In this document: positions 48,277 through 58,293 of the stretch, piece after piece | Layout of the letters: every line of letters starts with the position of its first letter | How positions within the stretch are numbered: the stretch's first letter is position 1 | Origin: Gammaproteobacteria bacterium | Lineage (GTDB): Bacteria; Pseudomonadota; Gammaproteobacteria; Eutrophobiales; Eutrophobiaceae | DNA: 64,000 nt | NCBI GenBank assembly: GCA_965116495.1 | Contig: OZ220696.1 | Coordinates: forward strand, 2,208,001-2,272,000 | Direction: 5' to 3' | The notes under the pieces: generated by a model | Told to the model about the DNA's origin: nothing | Seen by the model: only the letters and a program-made list of their open reading frames with translations | The model's database searches: none | Program-made: the position numbers and the translations under genes

Positions 48277-49461
48277 TTGAACGTGCCGGATTCTCCACAT
48301 AAATCCAGTGATAAATTATTTTTCGTATACGCAGTAATAGCTGCACAGGTAATTGGTGGTGTAATTACCCAGCTATCACCTCTGGTGATCGGGGGAGTGA
48401 TAACAGGACTGACGCTCTCCGCCCAGCAAGCAGGTTATATCGCATTCGCTGAATTTCTGGTGTTGTCCATTACGGCGATCCTGGTTGCACCCGTATTACA
48501 CAGATTCCCTTATCGTACTATATGCTTTTCTGCGGTTTGTCTCGCAATAACTGCAAATGTTATATCTGTCCAGGTGACTGCCCTGACTACCATGATCATA
48601 GTAAGATGCCTGGCCGGTATCGGCGAAGGTATAATTTATGCCATCTCACTGGCAGCAGTTGCCTCGCATTCCCGTAATCCGGACAAGGTTTATGGTTACT
48701 TTCAAGTCGCCTGGGCGCTGGTCAGCGTTATTCTTTTTTCTGCCGGCGGTTATCTGACAGATATGTATGCCCATCGGGGAATTTTCGGCCTGACCGCAAT
48801 CGTTATGATTATTCTGGTGTTTTTCCTGAGAGGTTTACCATCGGATAAGCTGGCGACAGTAAACAGCAAGCCTGTGGCCGGGAGCGAAATACCGACAATG
48901 CTGGGAATTTGTACACTAGCCGGAATATTTATATTTATAGCGGGAGGAGCAGCCGTTTACACGTTTTTTGAACAAATAGGTGTTCGCAGCGGATTGACTA
49001 CTACCCAGGTTGGGTTTGTATTAACGGTTGGCAGCGGTGTCGGAATAATAGGCGCCGGTCTGGCCACCTGGTTGAACGTGCGGAAAGGGCGATTTATTCC
49101 TGTTACAACTTTTTGTATCTGGTACGCCTCAACAAGTATGGTTCTTTGTTTGAACAGCAATGCAACGGTCTACATTGTTGCAGTTATGTCATCGTTTATA
49201 TCATTTTACTTTGCAGTTCCGTATTTGTTTGGCCTGGCTGCTGCATTGGATAAATTGGGCAGGTTGGCCGCCGCCGCAGGTTCGGTGTATTTACTGGGAT
49301 TCGCTTTTGGACCCATGATTGCGGGCAACCTGATCGAGTGGCATGGCTATGCCGGACTGGGGTTCGCCTCAGCGTCTACAACAATGCTGTCCTGGTTGAT
49401 TTTAGTATATATTGTATATCGCCTGGGCACACAAAAACCTGCAGCCGTGCAGAACGACTGA
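48277..49461 (+). CDS. MFS transporter
   Basis: Hydrophobic segments; paralog of 35480-36616. Confidence 0.85.
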   Translation: MNVPDSPHKSSDKLFFVYAVIAAQVIGGVITQLSPLVIGGVITGLTLSAQQAGYIAFAEFLVLSITAILVAPVLHRFPYRTICFSAVCLAITANVISVQVTALTTMIIVRCLAGIGEGIIYAISLAAVASHSRNPDKVYGYFQVAWALVSVILFSAGGYLTDMYAHRGIFGLTAIVMIILVFFLRGLPSDKLATVNSKPVAGSEIPTMLGICTLAGIFIFIAGGAAVYTFFEQIGVRSGLTTTQVGFVLTVGSGVGIIGAGLATWLNVRKGRFIPVTTFCIWYASTSMVLCLNSNATVYIVAVMSSFISFYFAVPYLFGLAAALDKLGRLAAAAGSVYLLGFAFGPMIAGNLIEWHGYAGLGFASASTTMLSWLILVYIVYRLGTQKPAAVQND

Positions 49462-49474
49462 AGAACTGTCAACG

Positions 49475-50497
49475 ATGAGTAATGACCATTGTATCCAGCC
49501 AGTAAGCAGTACTTTTTCTGAGAACAACTGGAACATACTGGCGAACTGCTGGCATCCTGTCGCCTTCAGCAGCGAGGTCACAGACAAGCCGTTCGCGGCT
49601 ACGTTACTTGATGTCCCATTAATAATATACCGTACCAACGGAGGTATTATTGTTGCAAAACGGAATTGTCCGCACCGTGGCGCAGACCTGAGTCAGGGAT
49701 GGCTAAAAGATGGCCAACTGGTGTGTGCATACCATGGTCTGCATTACGACAGTTCCGGGCAGTGTACGTTGATCCCGGCAGAGGGTCATGATGCGAAGGT
49801 TTCTCTTAAATTACGCTTGAGCACCTTTCAGGCAATCGAGCGCTATGGATTGATCTGGACCTGCCTGGGTTCCGAACCCCGATTTACGTTACCTGACTGG
49901 AGCGCGCTCGAAACATCAGAATACCAGGTCATCGAATTAAGCACGGAATGGCAAACCTCGGCAGCCAGACACACGGAAAATTTCCTTGATATCGCACATG
50001 CCGCATGGATACATGCTGATACATTTGCGCCCCGGGATTATCCGGAGATCGGTAAATTTGACGTAGAGCAAACAGCAGAGGGACTTTATTACCAAATTAA
50101 AACCATGTTTTTGGCGGCTAACACATTTGAATACAAAGGTACAGTAGAGGAATGCCTGTCAGAATATACCCTGACCATGCCTTATGCGATATGTTTGAAG
50201 GTGACATCATCCGTTGGTGTTGAGTATATTTTTGATGTGGCAACACCCGTTTCGACAGACAAAATACGAATCTTCATGCTGAAGGCGCGCAACTTTGATA
50301 AAGACAAACCGGTATCTGACTGGTTGCAATTCCAGGAAGTTGTCAATGAAGAAGACAGAAGGATAGTTGAGAACCAGTATCCGGCGTACCTGCCGTTGGA
50401 TTTGTCACAGGAATTCCATATCCGGGCCGATATTATATCTATTGCATACAGAAGGAAATTGTCAGAGTTGGGTATCCGGCAAGAAGGGGGGTATTGA
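49475..50497 (+). CDS. Rieske non-heme iron oxygenase (VanA/Ndm-type)
   Basis: 'CPHRG..CAYHG', 'ENFLDIAHAAWIH', 'EDRRIVENQYP'; start set at ATG 49475. Confidence 0.88.
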   Translation: MSNDHCIQPVSSTFSENNWNILANCWHPVAFSSEVTDKPFAATLLDVPLIIYRTNGGIIVAKRNCPHRGADLSQGWLKDGQLVCAYHGLHYDSSGQCTLIPAEGHDAKVSLKLRLSTFQAIERYGLIWTCLGSEPRFTLPDWSALETSEYQVIELSTEWQTSAARHTENFLDIAHAAWIHADTFAPRDYPEIGKFDVEQTAEGLYYQIKTMFLAANTFEYKGTVEECLSEYTLTMPYAICLKVTSSVGVEYIFDVATPVSTDKIRIFMLKARNFDKDKPVSDWLQFQEVVNEEDRRIVENQYPAYLPLDLSQEFHIRADIISIAYRRKLSELGIRQEGGY

Positions 50498-50598
50498 GCC
50501 TTTGTATGTATCTAAGGAATCTCTGATCAAGTCCGTCCGGGACTTGTCAGATGGCACATCCCTGTACCGTAGGAACCTCTGACTTAATCAGAGGTTCC

Positions 50599-51429
50599 CT
50601 AATAATGTATTTCAGGCACGTCATTATTAAACTTGAACGGATCCCGCTGCCTTGTTTGTTGTCTCAGGTTCATAGGAGACAAACCGTAATGTTCTTTTAT
50701 ATGGCGTGAGAAATGATGGGGAGATTGAAATCCACATTGCTCAGCTATATGGTTTACGCTCAGTTTGGACTGGTGTAACAGGTACACGCCTCTTTCTGCC
50801 CGTAAACGCCACAAATAGCGTATTGGTGTCATACCAACATGCCGTTTAAACAACCGCAGCAAATACCGAGGGTTTAAACCTACGTGAGCGCCAATATCGT
50901 TCAAATCGCAGGCACCGGTAAAATTGTTCTCAATAAATCGTTTTGACCTCGCTACCGCTGGAGGATAAATGCTGTCTTCTTCCTTAAGATTGGCCCGGTA
51001 GAAATACTCATTGAACACGGCTTCTCCCAGCGAATTTCGCAGTCTGCTTAAGTTGATACTCTCACCATGATCCAGGTTAATGCCTTCCTTTATCAATAGC
51101 ATCATTAAGTTCGATACGGGCTGCGCCTTGGTTATGGATTTGAGTTGGGGTTTGTATTTTTTCGGAATGGACAGTTCACCGGTATGACACCAGCATATAA
51201 TATGCCGTTTGCCTTTTGGCAGGGTCACTTCGAAGTATTCTTCTGAATAGGCAAATATTGCGGTACCGGATAAATAATGATTTTCTGATCCATCTATTAC
51301 AAATGTTGCTTCTCCCTCAAGAATCACAGAGATGTCCAGATGCTCATGGGTTACAGGACCATAACGGCCTCCGGCCGGAAAAACTGCATCGCCAAATTGA
51401 AATGGTTGGTCCTTGGTGAAAATATTCAT
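50599..51429 (-). CDS. AraC family transcriptional regulator
   Basis: Cupin N-terminus; 'IAEQCGFQSPHHFSRHIKEHYGLSP'. Confidence 0.9.
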   Translation of the reverse strand: MNIFTKDQPFQFGDAVFPAGGRYGPVTHEHLDISVILEGEATFVIDGSENHYLSGTAIFAYSEEYFEVTLPKGKRHIICWCHTGELSIPKKYKPQLKSITKAQPVSNLMMLLIKEGINLDHGESINLSRLRNSLGEAVFNEYFYRANLKEEDSIYPPAVARSKRFIENNFTGACDLNDIGAHVGLNPRYLLRLFKRHVGMTPIRYLWRLRAERGVYLLHQSKLSVNHIAEQCGFQSPHHFSRHIKEHYGLSPMNLRQQTRQRDPFKFNNDVPEIHY

Positions 51430-51539
51430 TTATACATTTAGTATAGATTAGGGAAATGTGACTTTCAGACAAATAATCTTCACTTGCAAACATTCCTTTT
51501 TTATCAAGGATACATCAATAATTTATCAGGAGAAATGTC

Positions 51540-52766
51540 TTGAGCGTACATATACAAGCCACCGATTTTGTCGGCACACCGTTTAATGCCCGAACGGCAC
51601 CGTTAAATTATAACCAGCGCTGGGTTGCCTGGGACAAGTATCACATAGTGGATACATTTAACGGTTTTGACGCGGAATACCATGCCATCCGTAACGCCGC
51701 CGCAACCATAGACATGTCCCCGCTGGGGAAATACGACATTATCGGCCCCGATGCGAAACGATTCCTGGATTACCTGGTGACACGTGACATGACCGGTCAG
51801 CAGGTCGGACAGATCTATTATTCACCCTGGTGCAACGACAACGGAAAAACAGTGGGTGACGGCATGATATTCAGGTTGGAGAAGGATAAATTTCGCATTT
51901 CCACCGATCCCCAGTACCACTGGCTTAATAAACATGCACAGGGCTTCGATGTTGAGATTATAGATATCAGTCATGACTACGGCATACTGGCCTTGCAGGG
52001 GCCGAAATCACAACTTATCCTGGAAGCGTCGACGGGTGAGGACTGGTCCGATTTTGCCTTCTCGCGCATCCGCCATATAGATATTGATGGAGTTGCTGTT
52101 ACGGTCATGCGCCAGGGATTTACCGGTGAGCATGGTTATGAGTTGTGGGTGGAGAACGAAGATGCTGTCGCAGTCTGGGATGCCGTTTACCGGCACGCAG
52201 GACGCTTCGGTTTGCAGCCTGCCGGGTTCCACGCCCATGACGTGGCGCGCATGGAAGCAGGATTGATCATAGTAGGCCCTGACTACACAGGAGCAGGAAC
52301 CGACATGGATCGCGGCGCGGCTATCGAAGTGGACAGGCAGGACGAAAGGTCTCCGTATGAGATGCGTATAGGGAGTTTCGTACATCTGGATAAAGCCAGC
52401 TTCATCGGCAAGGAGGCGCTGAAGCGGGAAAAGGAAACGGGGGCAGCCAGGAAAATGCGGGGGTTACTGATTGATTGGGAGGGAATTGCCGGGTTATATA
52501 TAAAACAGGGGCTGCCGCCGGTGGTCGTGCCTGTACCGATCTGGTATCCGTTAAATATCACGATGAACAACAAAACAATCGGCCGGGCTACCAGCATTGC
52601 CTGGAGCCCCGCTGCAAACAGCATTGCCGGTTTCGCATTTGTTGACGCGGAATACAGTGAAGCGGGTACGGAGGTCTCGGTACAATTCGAAATCGGCCAG
52701 GAAACCGGCCTGGTGAATGCCACCGTGGCAACGCTGCCTTTCATCGATATTAAACGTACCGGATAA
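51540..52766 (+). CDS. GcvT-like folate-dependent aminomethyltransferase/demethylase (LigM/DmdA-like)
   Basis: 'EYHAIRN..IDMSPLGK', 'LALQGPKS', 'GFTGEHGYELW', 'RMEAG'. Confidence 0.88.
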   Translation: MSVHIQATDFVGTPFNARTAPLNYNQRWVAWDKYHIVDTFNGFDAEYHAIRNAAATIDMSPLGKYDIIGPDAKRFLDYLVTRDMTGQQVGQIYYSPWCNDNGKTVGDGMIFRLEKDKFRISTDPQYHWLNKHAQGFDVEIIDISHDYGILALQGPKSQLILEASTGEDWSDFAFSRIRHIDIDGVAVTVMRQGFTGEHGYELWVENEDAVAVWDAVYRHAGRFGLQPAGFHAHDVARMEAGLIIVGPDYTGAGTDMDRGAAIEVDRQDERSPYEMRIGSFVHLDKASFIGKEALKREKETGAARKMRGLLIDWEGIAGLYIKQGLPPVVVPVPIWYPLNITMNNKTIGRATSIAWSPAANSIAGFAFVDAEYSEAGTEVSVQFEIGQETGLVNATVATLPFIDIKRTG

Positions 52767-52859
52767 TGACGCTCCATGGAAAGGGCACAGGTTTCAAATC
52801 TGTCCCCCGCGAAATTCGTAATCGATATCAAACGCGGCGGGTGACAGCGAGGTGAAATA

Positions 52860-53837
52860 ATGACTGAAGTGATCAAACAATATTGGCATCCTGTCGGGTT
52901 GGCCGGAAACTTGACCGATGAAAAACCCATCGCGGCAACGGTATTGGGAGAGGACCTGGTGGTCTGGCGTTCAAAGGACAAGCTCTGCGCCTGGAAAGAC
53001 CTCTGCGTGCATCGTGGAGTACGATTGAGCCTGGGGACTGTTTGCAACAACCGCCTCCGCTGTGCCTATCACGGCTGGGAATATAATGACGCTGGGCAGT
53101 GCGAGCATATCCCGGCCCATCCCGAGATCAGAATGCCGGCCAAGGCCAAAGCAACTGCTATTTACAAGGCCAGGGAATATGCCGGGTTGATCTGGGTAAA
53201 TCTCAGCGATACTTCACGCCCTTTGCCTGATCTGCCCCAGTTCAATGAACCTGGTTACCGGGTAATTCCCTGCGGCCCTTATGAAATCAACGCCGCCGCC
53301 CCGCGGGTAGTGGAAAACTTCCTGGACCTGTCCCACCCGCCGATCCTGCACGACGGCATATTGGGGGATTCAAGTCACGCAGCCATTGATGATTACCGGG
53401 TGGAAGATACGGAAGAGGGATTTTTTGTAAAGAATATACGCTATTACCAACCCGATCCGGATGGCACGGGAGTAGGAGGGGATGCCTGGTATGATTTCGG
53501 TATCCTGGCCCCGTTAACGGTTTACTTCGTGAAACACATTGGCTCGCCCGCAAATGAGGAAAAGTTTGTCCTCATGTTTGCTGTCAGGCCTGAGACCGAA
53601 AACAGGTCCTGGGCACATTTTATCGCCGCTTATAACTACGCTGCGGATTTGAGTGAGCAGGACATTGCTGACTTTCACAGCCTGATTATCGGTCAGGACA
53701 TTCCCATACTCGAATCCCAGCGCCCCGAATTATTGCCCGTGGACCTGAGCGAAGAACTGCACCTACGATCGGATTTATTTACCTCAAAGTACAGGCGCCA
53801 CTTGAAGGACATCGGCATGGATTTTGGAGTTGCATGA
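52860..53837 (+). CDS. Rieske non-heme iron oxygenase (VanA/Ndm-type; closest to 34490-35473)
   Basis: 'CVHRG..CAYHG', 'ENFLDLSHPPILH', 'QDIPILESQRP'. Confidence 0.88.
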   Translation: MTEVIKQYWHPVGLAGNLTDEKPIAATVLGEDLVVWRSKDKLCAWKDLCVHRGVRLSLGTVCNNRLRCAYHGWEYNDAGQCEHIPAHPEIRMPAKAKATAIYKAREYAGLIWVNLSDTSRPLPDLPQFNEPGYRVIPCGPYEINAAAPRVVENFLDLSHPPILHDGILGDSSHAAIDDYRVEDTEEGFFVKNIRYYQPDPDGTGVGGDAWYDFGILAPLTVYFVKHIGSPANEEKFVLMFAVRPETENRSWAHFIAAYNYAADLSEQDIADFHSLIIGQDIPILESQRPELLPVDLSEELHLRSDLFTSKYRRHLKDIGMDFGVA

Positions 53838-53838
53838 C

Positions 53839-54894
53839 ATGTATTTACCCCCCAGCCACTCAACCACAACAGATTATCCGGCCGGCAGCGGTATTTCTGA
53901 AAATGACTGGCATATCCTGGCTGCTTTCTGGCACCCGGTAGCATTTACCTCGGAGATCAAGGACAAGCCCCTGGCTGCCCGGTTGCTGGATACCGACCTG
54001 GTGATCTACAAAACCGCGGCGGGATTCACGGTTGCTAAAGATCAATGTGCTCATCGCGGCGCAAAACTCAGCCTGGGCTGGTTGGATGACGACGGGAACA
54101 ACGTAGTCTGCCCGTTTCACGGCCATCATTACAACCACCAGGGGACGTGTACAAAAATTCCGTCCTATGCTGATCGTGATATGCCTGTTCCTGCGAAGAT
54201 GCGTTTAACGGTCTATCAATCGGTTGAACGCTACGGCCTGCTATGGGTGTGTCTCAAGGACGAACCCGTGCGGCCGTTGCCCGACTGGCCATTGCTGGAA
54301 AATCACGACGCCGGCTGGCTCAGGATCGAAATACCCAAGGGAGTCTGGCAGGCCTCTGCCAGTCGCCACTGTGAAAACTTCAATGATCTTGCCCATATTT
54401 CCTGGGTACACATGAAGACATTCGGGAACCGCCAGCGCCCGCAGTTGGAGGACTATATTCTGGAGCGTACCGACTACGGCCTGCACATGGAACTGCCTTA
54501 TGTCGAAGTGGAAAGAGGATTTAACGACGACAATACCGGTGAGCGGGAAGTCTACTATACCCATGACCTGACCTATCCGTACGCAACTGATCTCAAGGTT
54601 GATTATACGGAAGACATGACCAGCCATTTTTATGATATAGCCTCACCCGTGAGCGCCGCGGAAACAGCCATCTACCAGATCTCACTCACCAATATTCAAG
54701 GGGCGACAGCAGAAGAATATGCCGAGTACCAACTGGTAACAAACTCGGAGGATGTCGTTGTCGTAGAAAGCCAGAGGCCCCTTTCAGTGCCGTTAAATCC
54801 CGGTGCGGAAGTCTCGATACCCGCGGACAAGTTCTCAATTCAATACCGGCGTGACATGGTGAATTTATTTGGTATAGGCCAATCCAGGGTTTAG
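53839..54894 (+). CDS. Rieske non-heme iron oxygenase (VanA/Ndm-type; closest to 33411-34472)
   Basis: 'DWHILAAFWHPVAF', 'CAHRG..CPFHG', 'ENFNDLAHISWVH', 'PADKFSIQYR'. Confidence 0.88.
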   Translation: MYLPPSHSTTTDYPAGSGISENDWHILAAFWHPVAFTSEIKDKPLAARLLDTDLVIYKTAAGFTVAKDQCAHRGAKLSLGWLDDDGNNVVCPFHGHHYNHQGTCTKIPSYADRDMPVPAKMRLTVYQSVERYGLLWVCLKDEPVRPLPDWPLLENHDAGWLRIEIPKGVWQASASRHCENFNDLAHISWVHMKTFGNRQRPQLEDYILERTDYGLHMELPYVEVERGFNDDNTGEREVYYTHDLTYPYATDLKVDYTEDMTSHFYDIASPVSAAETAIYQISLTNIQGATAEEYAEYQLVTNSEDVVVVESQRPLSVPLNPGAEVSIPADKFSIQYRRDMVNLFGIGQSRV

Positions 54895-54994
54895 TCCGTC
54901 CCCTACCCACCTGGCGCCGGCAAATTAGCAGGACATGATAGATTCAGAAAACGGACTTTGCGAATTATGTCTGTAGAGAGTAGCAATCAATGAA

Positions 54995-55071
54995 TGGCGC
55001 GCCCGGAGAGATTCGAACTCCCGACCGCCTGGTTCGTAGCCAGGTACTCTATCCAGCTGAGCTACGGGCGC
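54995..55071 (-). tRNA. tRNA-Arg (anticodon ACG)
   Basis: Reverse complement GCGCCCGTAGCTCAGCTGGATAGAGTACCTGGCTACGAACCAGGCGGTCGGGAGTTCGAATCTCTCCGGGCGCGCCA; full cloverleaf with CCA. Confidence 0.97.
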
Positions 55072-55115
55072 ACTTGAAACAATTTCCTACTATAATGACT
55101 CACCCCCATGAAAGC

Positions 55116-55274
55116 AATGATATTAGCCGGTGGGACATCCGGGAGTTCCTTGACATTGCCGCGGCAATTCCCATCCGACCAAAGACCGAGAGCTATGCGC
55201 TCGAAGATGCCAATAAAGCAATACTGGATTTGAAGTTCGAGCCGGTGAAAGGCGCGAAGGTGCTGTTGGTGTAA
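55116..55274 (+). pseudogene. C-terminal fragment of a zinc-binding alcohol dehydrogenase
   Basis: 'DIREFLDIAAAIPIRP...YALEDANKAILDLK...KGAKVL' resembles an MDR/ADH C-terminus; no N-terminal domain. Confidence 0.55.
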
Positions 55275-55506
55275 TTAACCAGAGATCGATACAAGAACTG
55301 TCAGTCATTAACCCGAGCAAATCCATCCCGAAAATCCGTGCCGGACTTGCCAGAGTGCGAAAAATAACAATACACTGCCATCGTTGATCAGCGGCGCGGC
55401 GCTGGGTGAGATGGCCTGTATCGATAACCTGCTCCCGGATTGCCGAAAACAGTTAAACTTCAACGGATTGATCAACAGACAGAAGAATTCATTGCGGGAG
55501 GGGCAC

Positions 55507-56457
55507 ATGAGCCGTTTGTATGTGGTTGTGACTATCGCCATCTTGATGCGGACCTTTATACCGGGCCTGGCGCAAGCCGACTCGGGGTTATACCTGAGCG
55601 GTGAGTTGGGGGCCAACTTTGCGCCGGGGCTGGGTATCGTCGGTGACGCCAACGACCGTGCCAGCGTGTGTGACGAGTTCATCAACCCCGACTACCAGTC
55701 CGTGTCGGGATATTTACCGAATATCAATTGCACCGGGCCCAGGCCCTTCGAGACCTGGATGAACGATTTCAATGCCGCAGAAGGCATCCTGGTCGGCGCC
55801 GCGCTGGGTTATCGACCATGGGACCCAGGCCATGTATGGGGGAGCGTGCGGCTCGAGTTGGAATATTTCTACCGGGAGTCGGCCTACAACGAGACTGCCG
55901 ACGCACTGGGCGCGACGGGAGCGAACGTCGACAAGCTCGCCCGGGAACTCATCACAGGGACGGACCGGGTCGACCGCGTCACCTCACACAACCTGTTCGG
56001 AAACCTGTATTTCGACTTTGCCAACAACAGCCGCTTCACCCCCTATATCGGAATCGGAGTCGGTGTTGGTTTCACGGACGTGGGTTATGGGTACCTGTGG
56101 GAAAGAAATGCCGACCCGACTGCGATTGCCACGGGCGAGGGGCTACCGAATGCGGATGTCATCCGCCGGAACTTGGCTGGAACGATAAGCAGCCACCACA
56201 CAGGACTCGCGGATACACTCTTTGGTTACCAGGTCCTGTTCGGGTTGGACTACGCCTTCACGGAATCCATGTCCCTGGGGGTGAAAGGACGCTGGGTCGA
56301 CTTCGATACCTTTCGTGAGGACGGGCTTGTCGGGGACCTGCTGCGCAGCCACGAGGTCAACCTGAGGCTGGACGGCAGCGAGCCGGTGTCATACGGTATC
56401 GAGACCGGCGACATTAAAATGCTCGGTGTCAGCCTGAACCTGAAATACCGTTTCTAG
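55507..56457 (+). CDS. Outer-membrane beta-barrel protein (OmpA/Opa/Msp2-like)
   Basis: Signal peptide, 'GLYLSGELG', 'RLELEY', 'FTPYIGIGVG', 'FGYQVLFGLDY', terminal 'LKYRF'. Confidence 0.8.
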   Translation: MSRLYVVVTIAILMRTFIPGLAQADSGLYLSGELGANFAPGLGIVGDANDRASVCDEFINPDYQSVSGYLPNINCTGPRPFETWMNDFNAAEGILVGAALGYRPWDPGHVWGSVRLELEYFYRESAYNETADALGATGANVDKLARELITGTDRVDRVTSHNLFGNLYFDFANNSRFTPYIGIGVGVGFTDVGYGYLWERNADPTAIATGEGLPNADVIRRNLAGTISSHHTGLADTLFGYQVLFGLDYAFTESMSLGVKGRWVDFDTFREDGLVGDLLRSHEVNLRLDGSEPVSYGIETGDIKMLGVSLNLKYRF

Positions 56458-56467
56458 ACCGGATTTC

Positions 56468-58144
56468 TCAGAACAGGCCGGTAATATTGCCCTCGGAATC
56501 CACGTCGATCTTCTCGGCGGCGGGGACCTTCGGCAGTCCCGGCATGGTCATCATATTGCCGGCGATGGCCACGATGAAGCCCGCGCCGTTCGACAACCGG
56601 ACTTCGCTGACTTCCACGCTGTGCCCTTCCGGTGCGCCCCGGACCGTGGGGTCGGCGCTGAATGACATCTGGGTCTTTGCCATGCACACCGGGAAACTGC
56701 CGTAATCCCGGTTCAGTTTTTCAATTTCCGACCGCACCTTGCTGTTTGCGGTCACACTGCCGGCGCCGTAAATCTTCCTGGCAACAGCCTCTATCTTATC
56801 CCATAAGGGTGCATCGTCAGCATACACGTAGCTGTGGCTGCCGGGATTATTGTCCACTACGTCCGCGACGGTGTTGGCCAGTTCTTCGGCGCCGGCGCCG
56901 CCTGCGGCCCAGTGCCGGGCAACCACTGCCTTGCCGCCCAGGGCTTCAACCCGGCTCTTCAGCATGTCGATCTCGGCGTCGGTATCGTTGGTGAAGTGAT
57001 TGATGGAGACGATGCAGGGCAGGCCGTAGTGCTGCTGTATATTGTTCAGGTGCCGCTCCAGGTTGACCAGCCCCTTGTCCAGCGCCTCCAGGTTCTCCAC
57101 GTTCAGGTCTTCCTTGTTCACACCGCCGTGGTATTTCATGGCGCGGATGGTGGCGACCAGCACCACGGCCGCGGGGTTCAGGCCCGCCATACGGCACTTG
57201 ATGTCGATGAACTTTTCCGCGCCCAGGTCGGCGCCGAAACCGGCCTCGGTAATCACGTAATCCGCCAGCTTCAGAGCGGTTTTGGTGGCGGTCACGCTGT
57301 TGCAGCCATGGGCGATGTTGGCAAACGGTCCACCATGGACGACTGCCAGGTTGTTTTCCAGGGTCTGTACCAGGTTCGGCTTGATGGCGTCCTTCAGCAA
57401 GGCCGCCATGGCGCCGTGGGCGTTCAGGTCGCGGGCGTGCACGGGCTGTCTGTCGCCACGGGTGTATCCGATGACGATACGTCCCAGCCGTTCCTTCAGA
57501 TCCGCGAGAGAGGTGGCCAGACAGAATATGGCCATGACCTCTGAGGCAACGGTGATATCGTAGCCGTCTTCCCGCGGGAAACCGTTGGCAGTTCCGCCAA
57601 GGGAGACAACGACCTTGCGCAGGGCCCGGTCATTCATATCAACGACCCGCTTCCAGGCAATCAGGCGCGGGTCAAGGTTCAACCGGTTGCCGTGGTTGAT
57701 GTGGTTATCGAGCATCGCCGACAACAGGTTGTGCGCCGCGCCGATCGCATGAAAGTCGCCGGTGAAGTGCAGGTTGATATCTTCCATCGGCACGACCTGG
57801 GCATAGCCGCCGCCGGCGGCGCCGCCCTTGACACCGAAGCAGGGGCCGAGGGACGGTTCGCGCAGGCAGATCAAGGTCTTTTTACCGATCCTGTTCATGG
57901 CGTCGCCCAGGCCGACCGTGGTCGTGGTCTTGCCCTCACCCGCCGGCGTGGGACTGATGGCGGTGGTCAGGATAAGTTTGCCGTCGGCCTTGTCCTTGAG
58001 GCTGTCGATATAGTCCAGCGACAGCTTGGCCTTGTAATGGCCGTAGGGTTCCAGGTGCTCGCTGCCGATGCCGTACTGTTCCGCAGCGAGGTCGATGATC
58101 TGTGTTTTACTTGCCCGCTGGGCGATCTCGATGTCTGATAGCAT
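56468..58144 (-). CDS. fhs: Formate--tetrahydrofolate ligase
   Basis: '[15 protein letters not shown]', '[14 protein letters not shown]', '[14 protein letters not shown]', 'MTMPGLPK'. Confidence 0.97.
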   Translation of the reverse strand: MLSDIEIAQRASKTQIIDLAAEQYGIGSEHLEPYGHYKAKLSLDYIDSLKDKADGKLILTTAISPTPAGEGKTTTTVGLGDAMNRIGKKTLICLREPSLGPCFGVKGGAAGGGYAQVVPMEDINLHFTGDFHAIGAAHNLLSAMLDNHINHGNRLNLDPRLIAWKRVVDMNDRALRKVVVSLGGTANGFPREDGYDITVASEVMAIFCLATSLADLKERLGRIVIGYTRGDRQPVHARDLNAHGAMAALLKDAIKPNLVQTLENNLAVVHGGPFANIAHGCNSVTATKTALKLADYVITEAGFGADLGAEKFIDIKCRMAGLNPAAVVLVATIRAMKYHGGVNKEDLNVENLEALDKGLVNLERHLNNIQQHYGLPCIVSINHFTNDTDAEIDMLKSRVEALGGKAVVARHWAAGGAGAEELANTVADVVDNNPGSHSYVYADDAPLWDKIEAVARKIYGAGSVTANSKVRSEIEKLNRDYGSFPVCMAKTQMSFSADPTVRGAPEGHSVEVSEVRLSNGAGFIVAIAGNMMTMPGLPKVPAAEKIDVDSEGNITGLF

Positions 58145-58293
58145 TGGGATGATCCTCAGTGATAATTATTGTTTTCCCGTCAATGGCATACTATATCCAT
58201 TAACGCAAATGATCGAGCATGAACATCATCCACTTCGCCATCTGTTAGTATACCACTTATGCTTTTATTTTTATCTACACTCAGGGGTAAATT

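Noticed and set aside
54990-55115. N-terminal part of the 94-aa ORF 54990-55274
   Set aside because: It is the antisense reading of tRNA-Arg.
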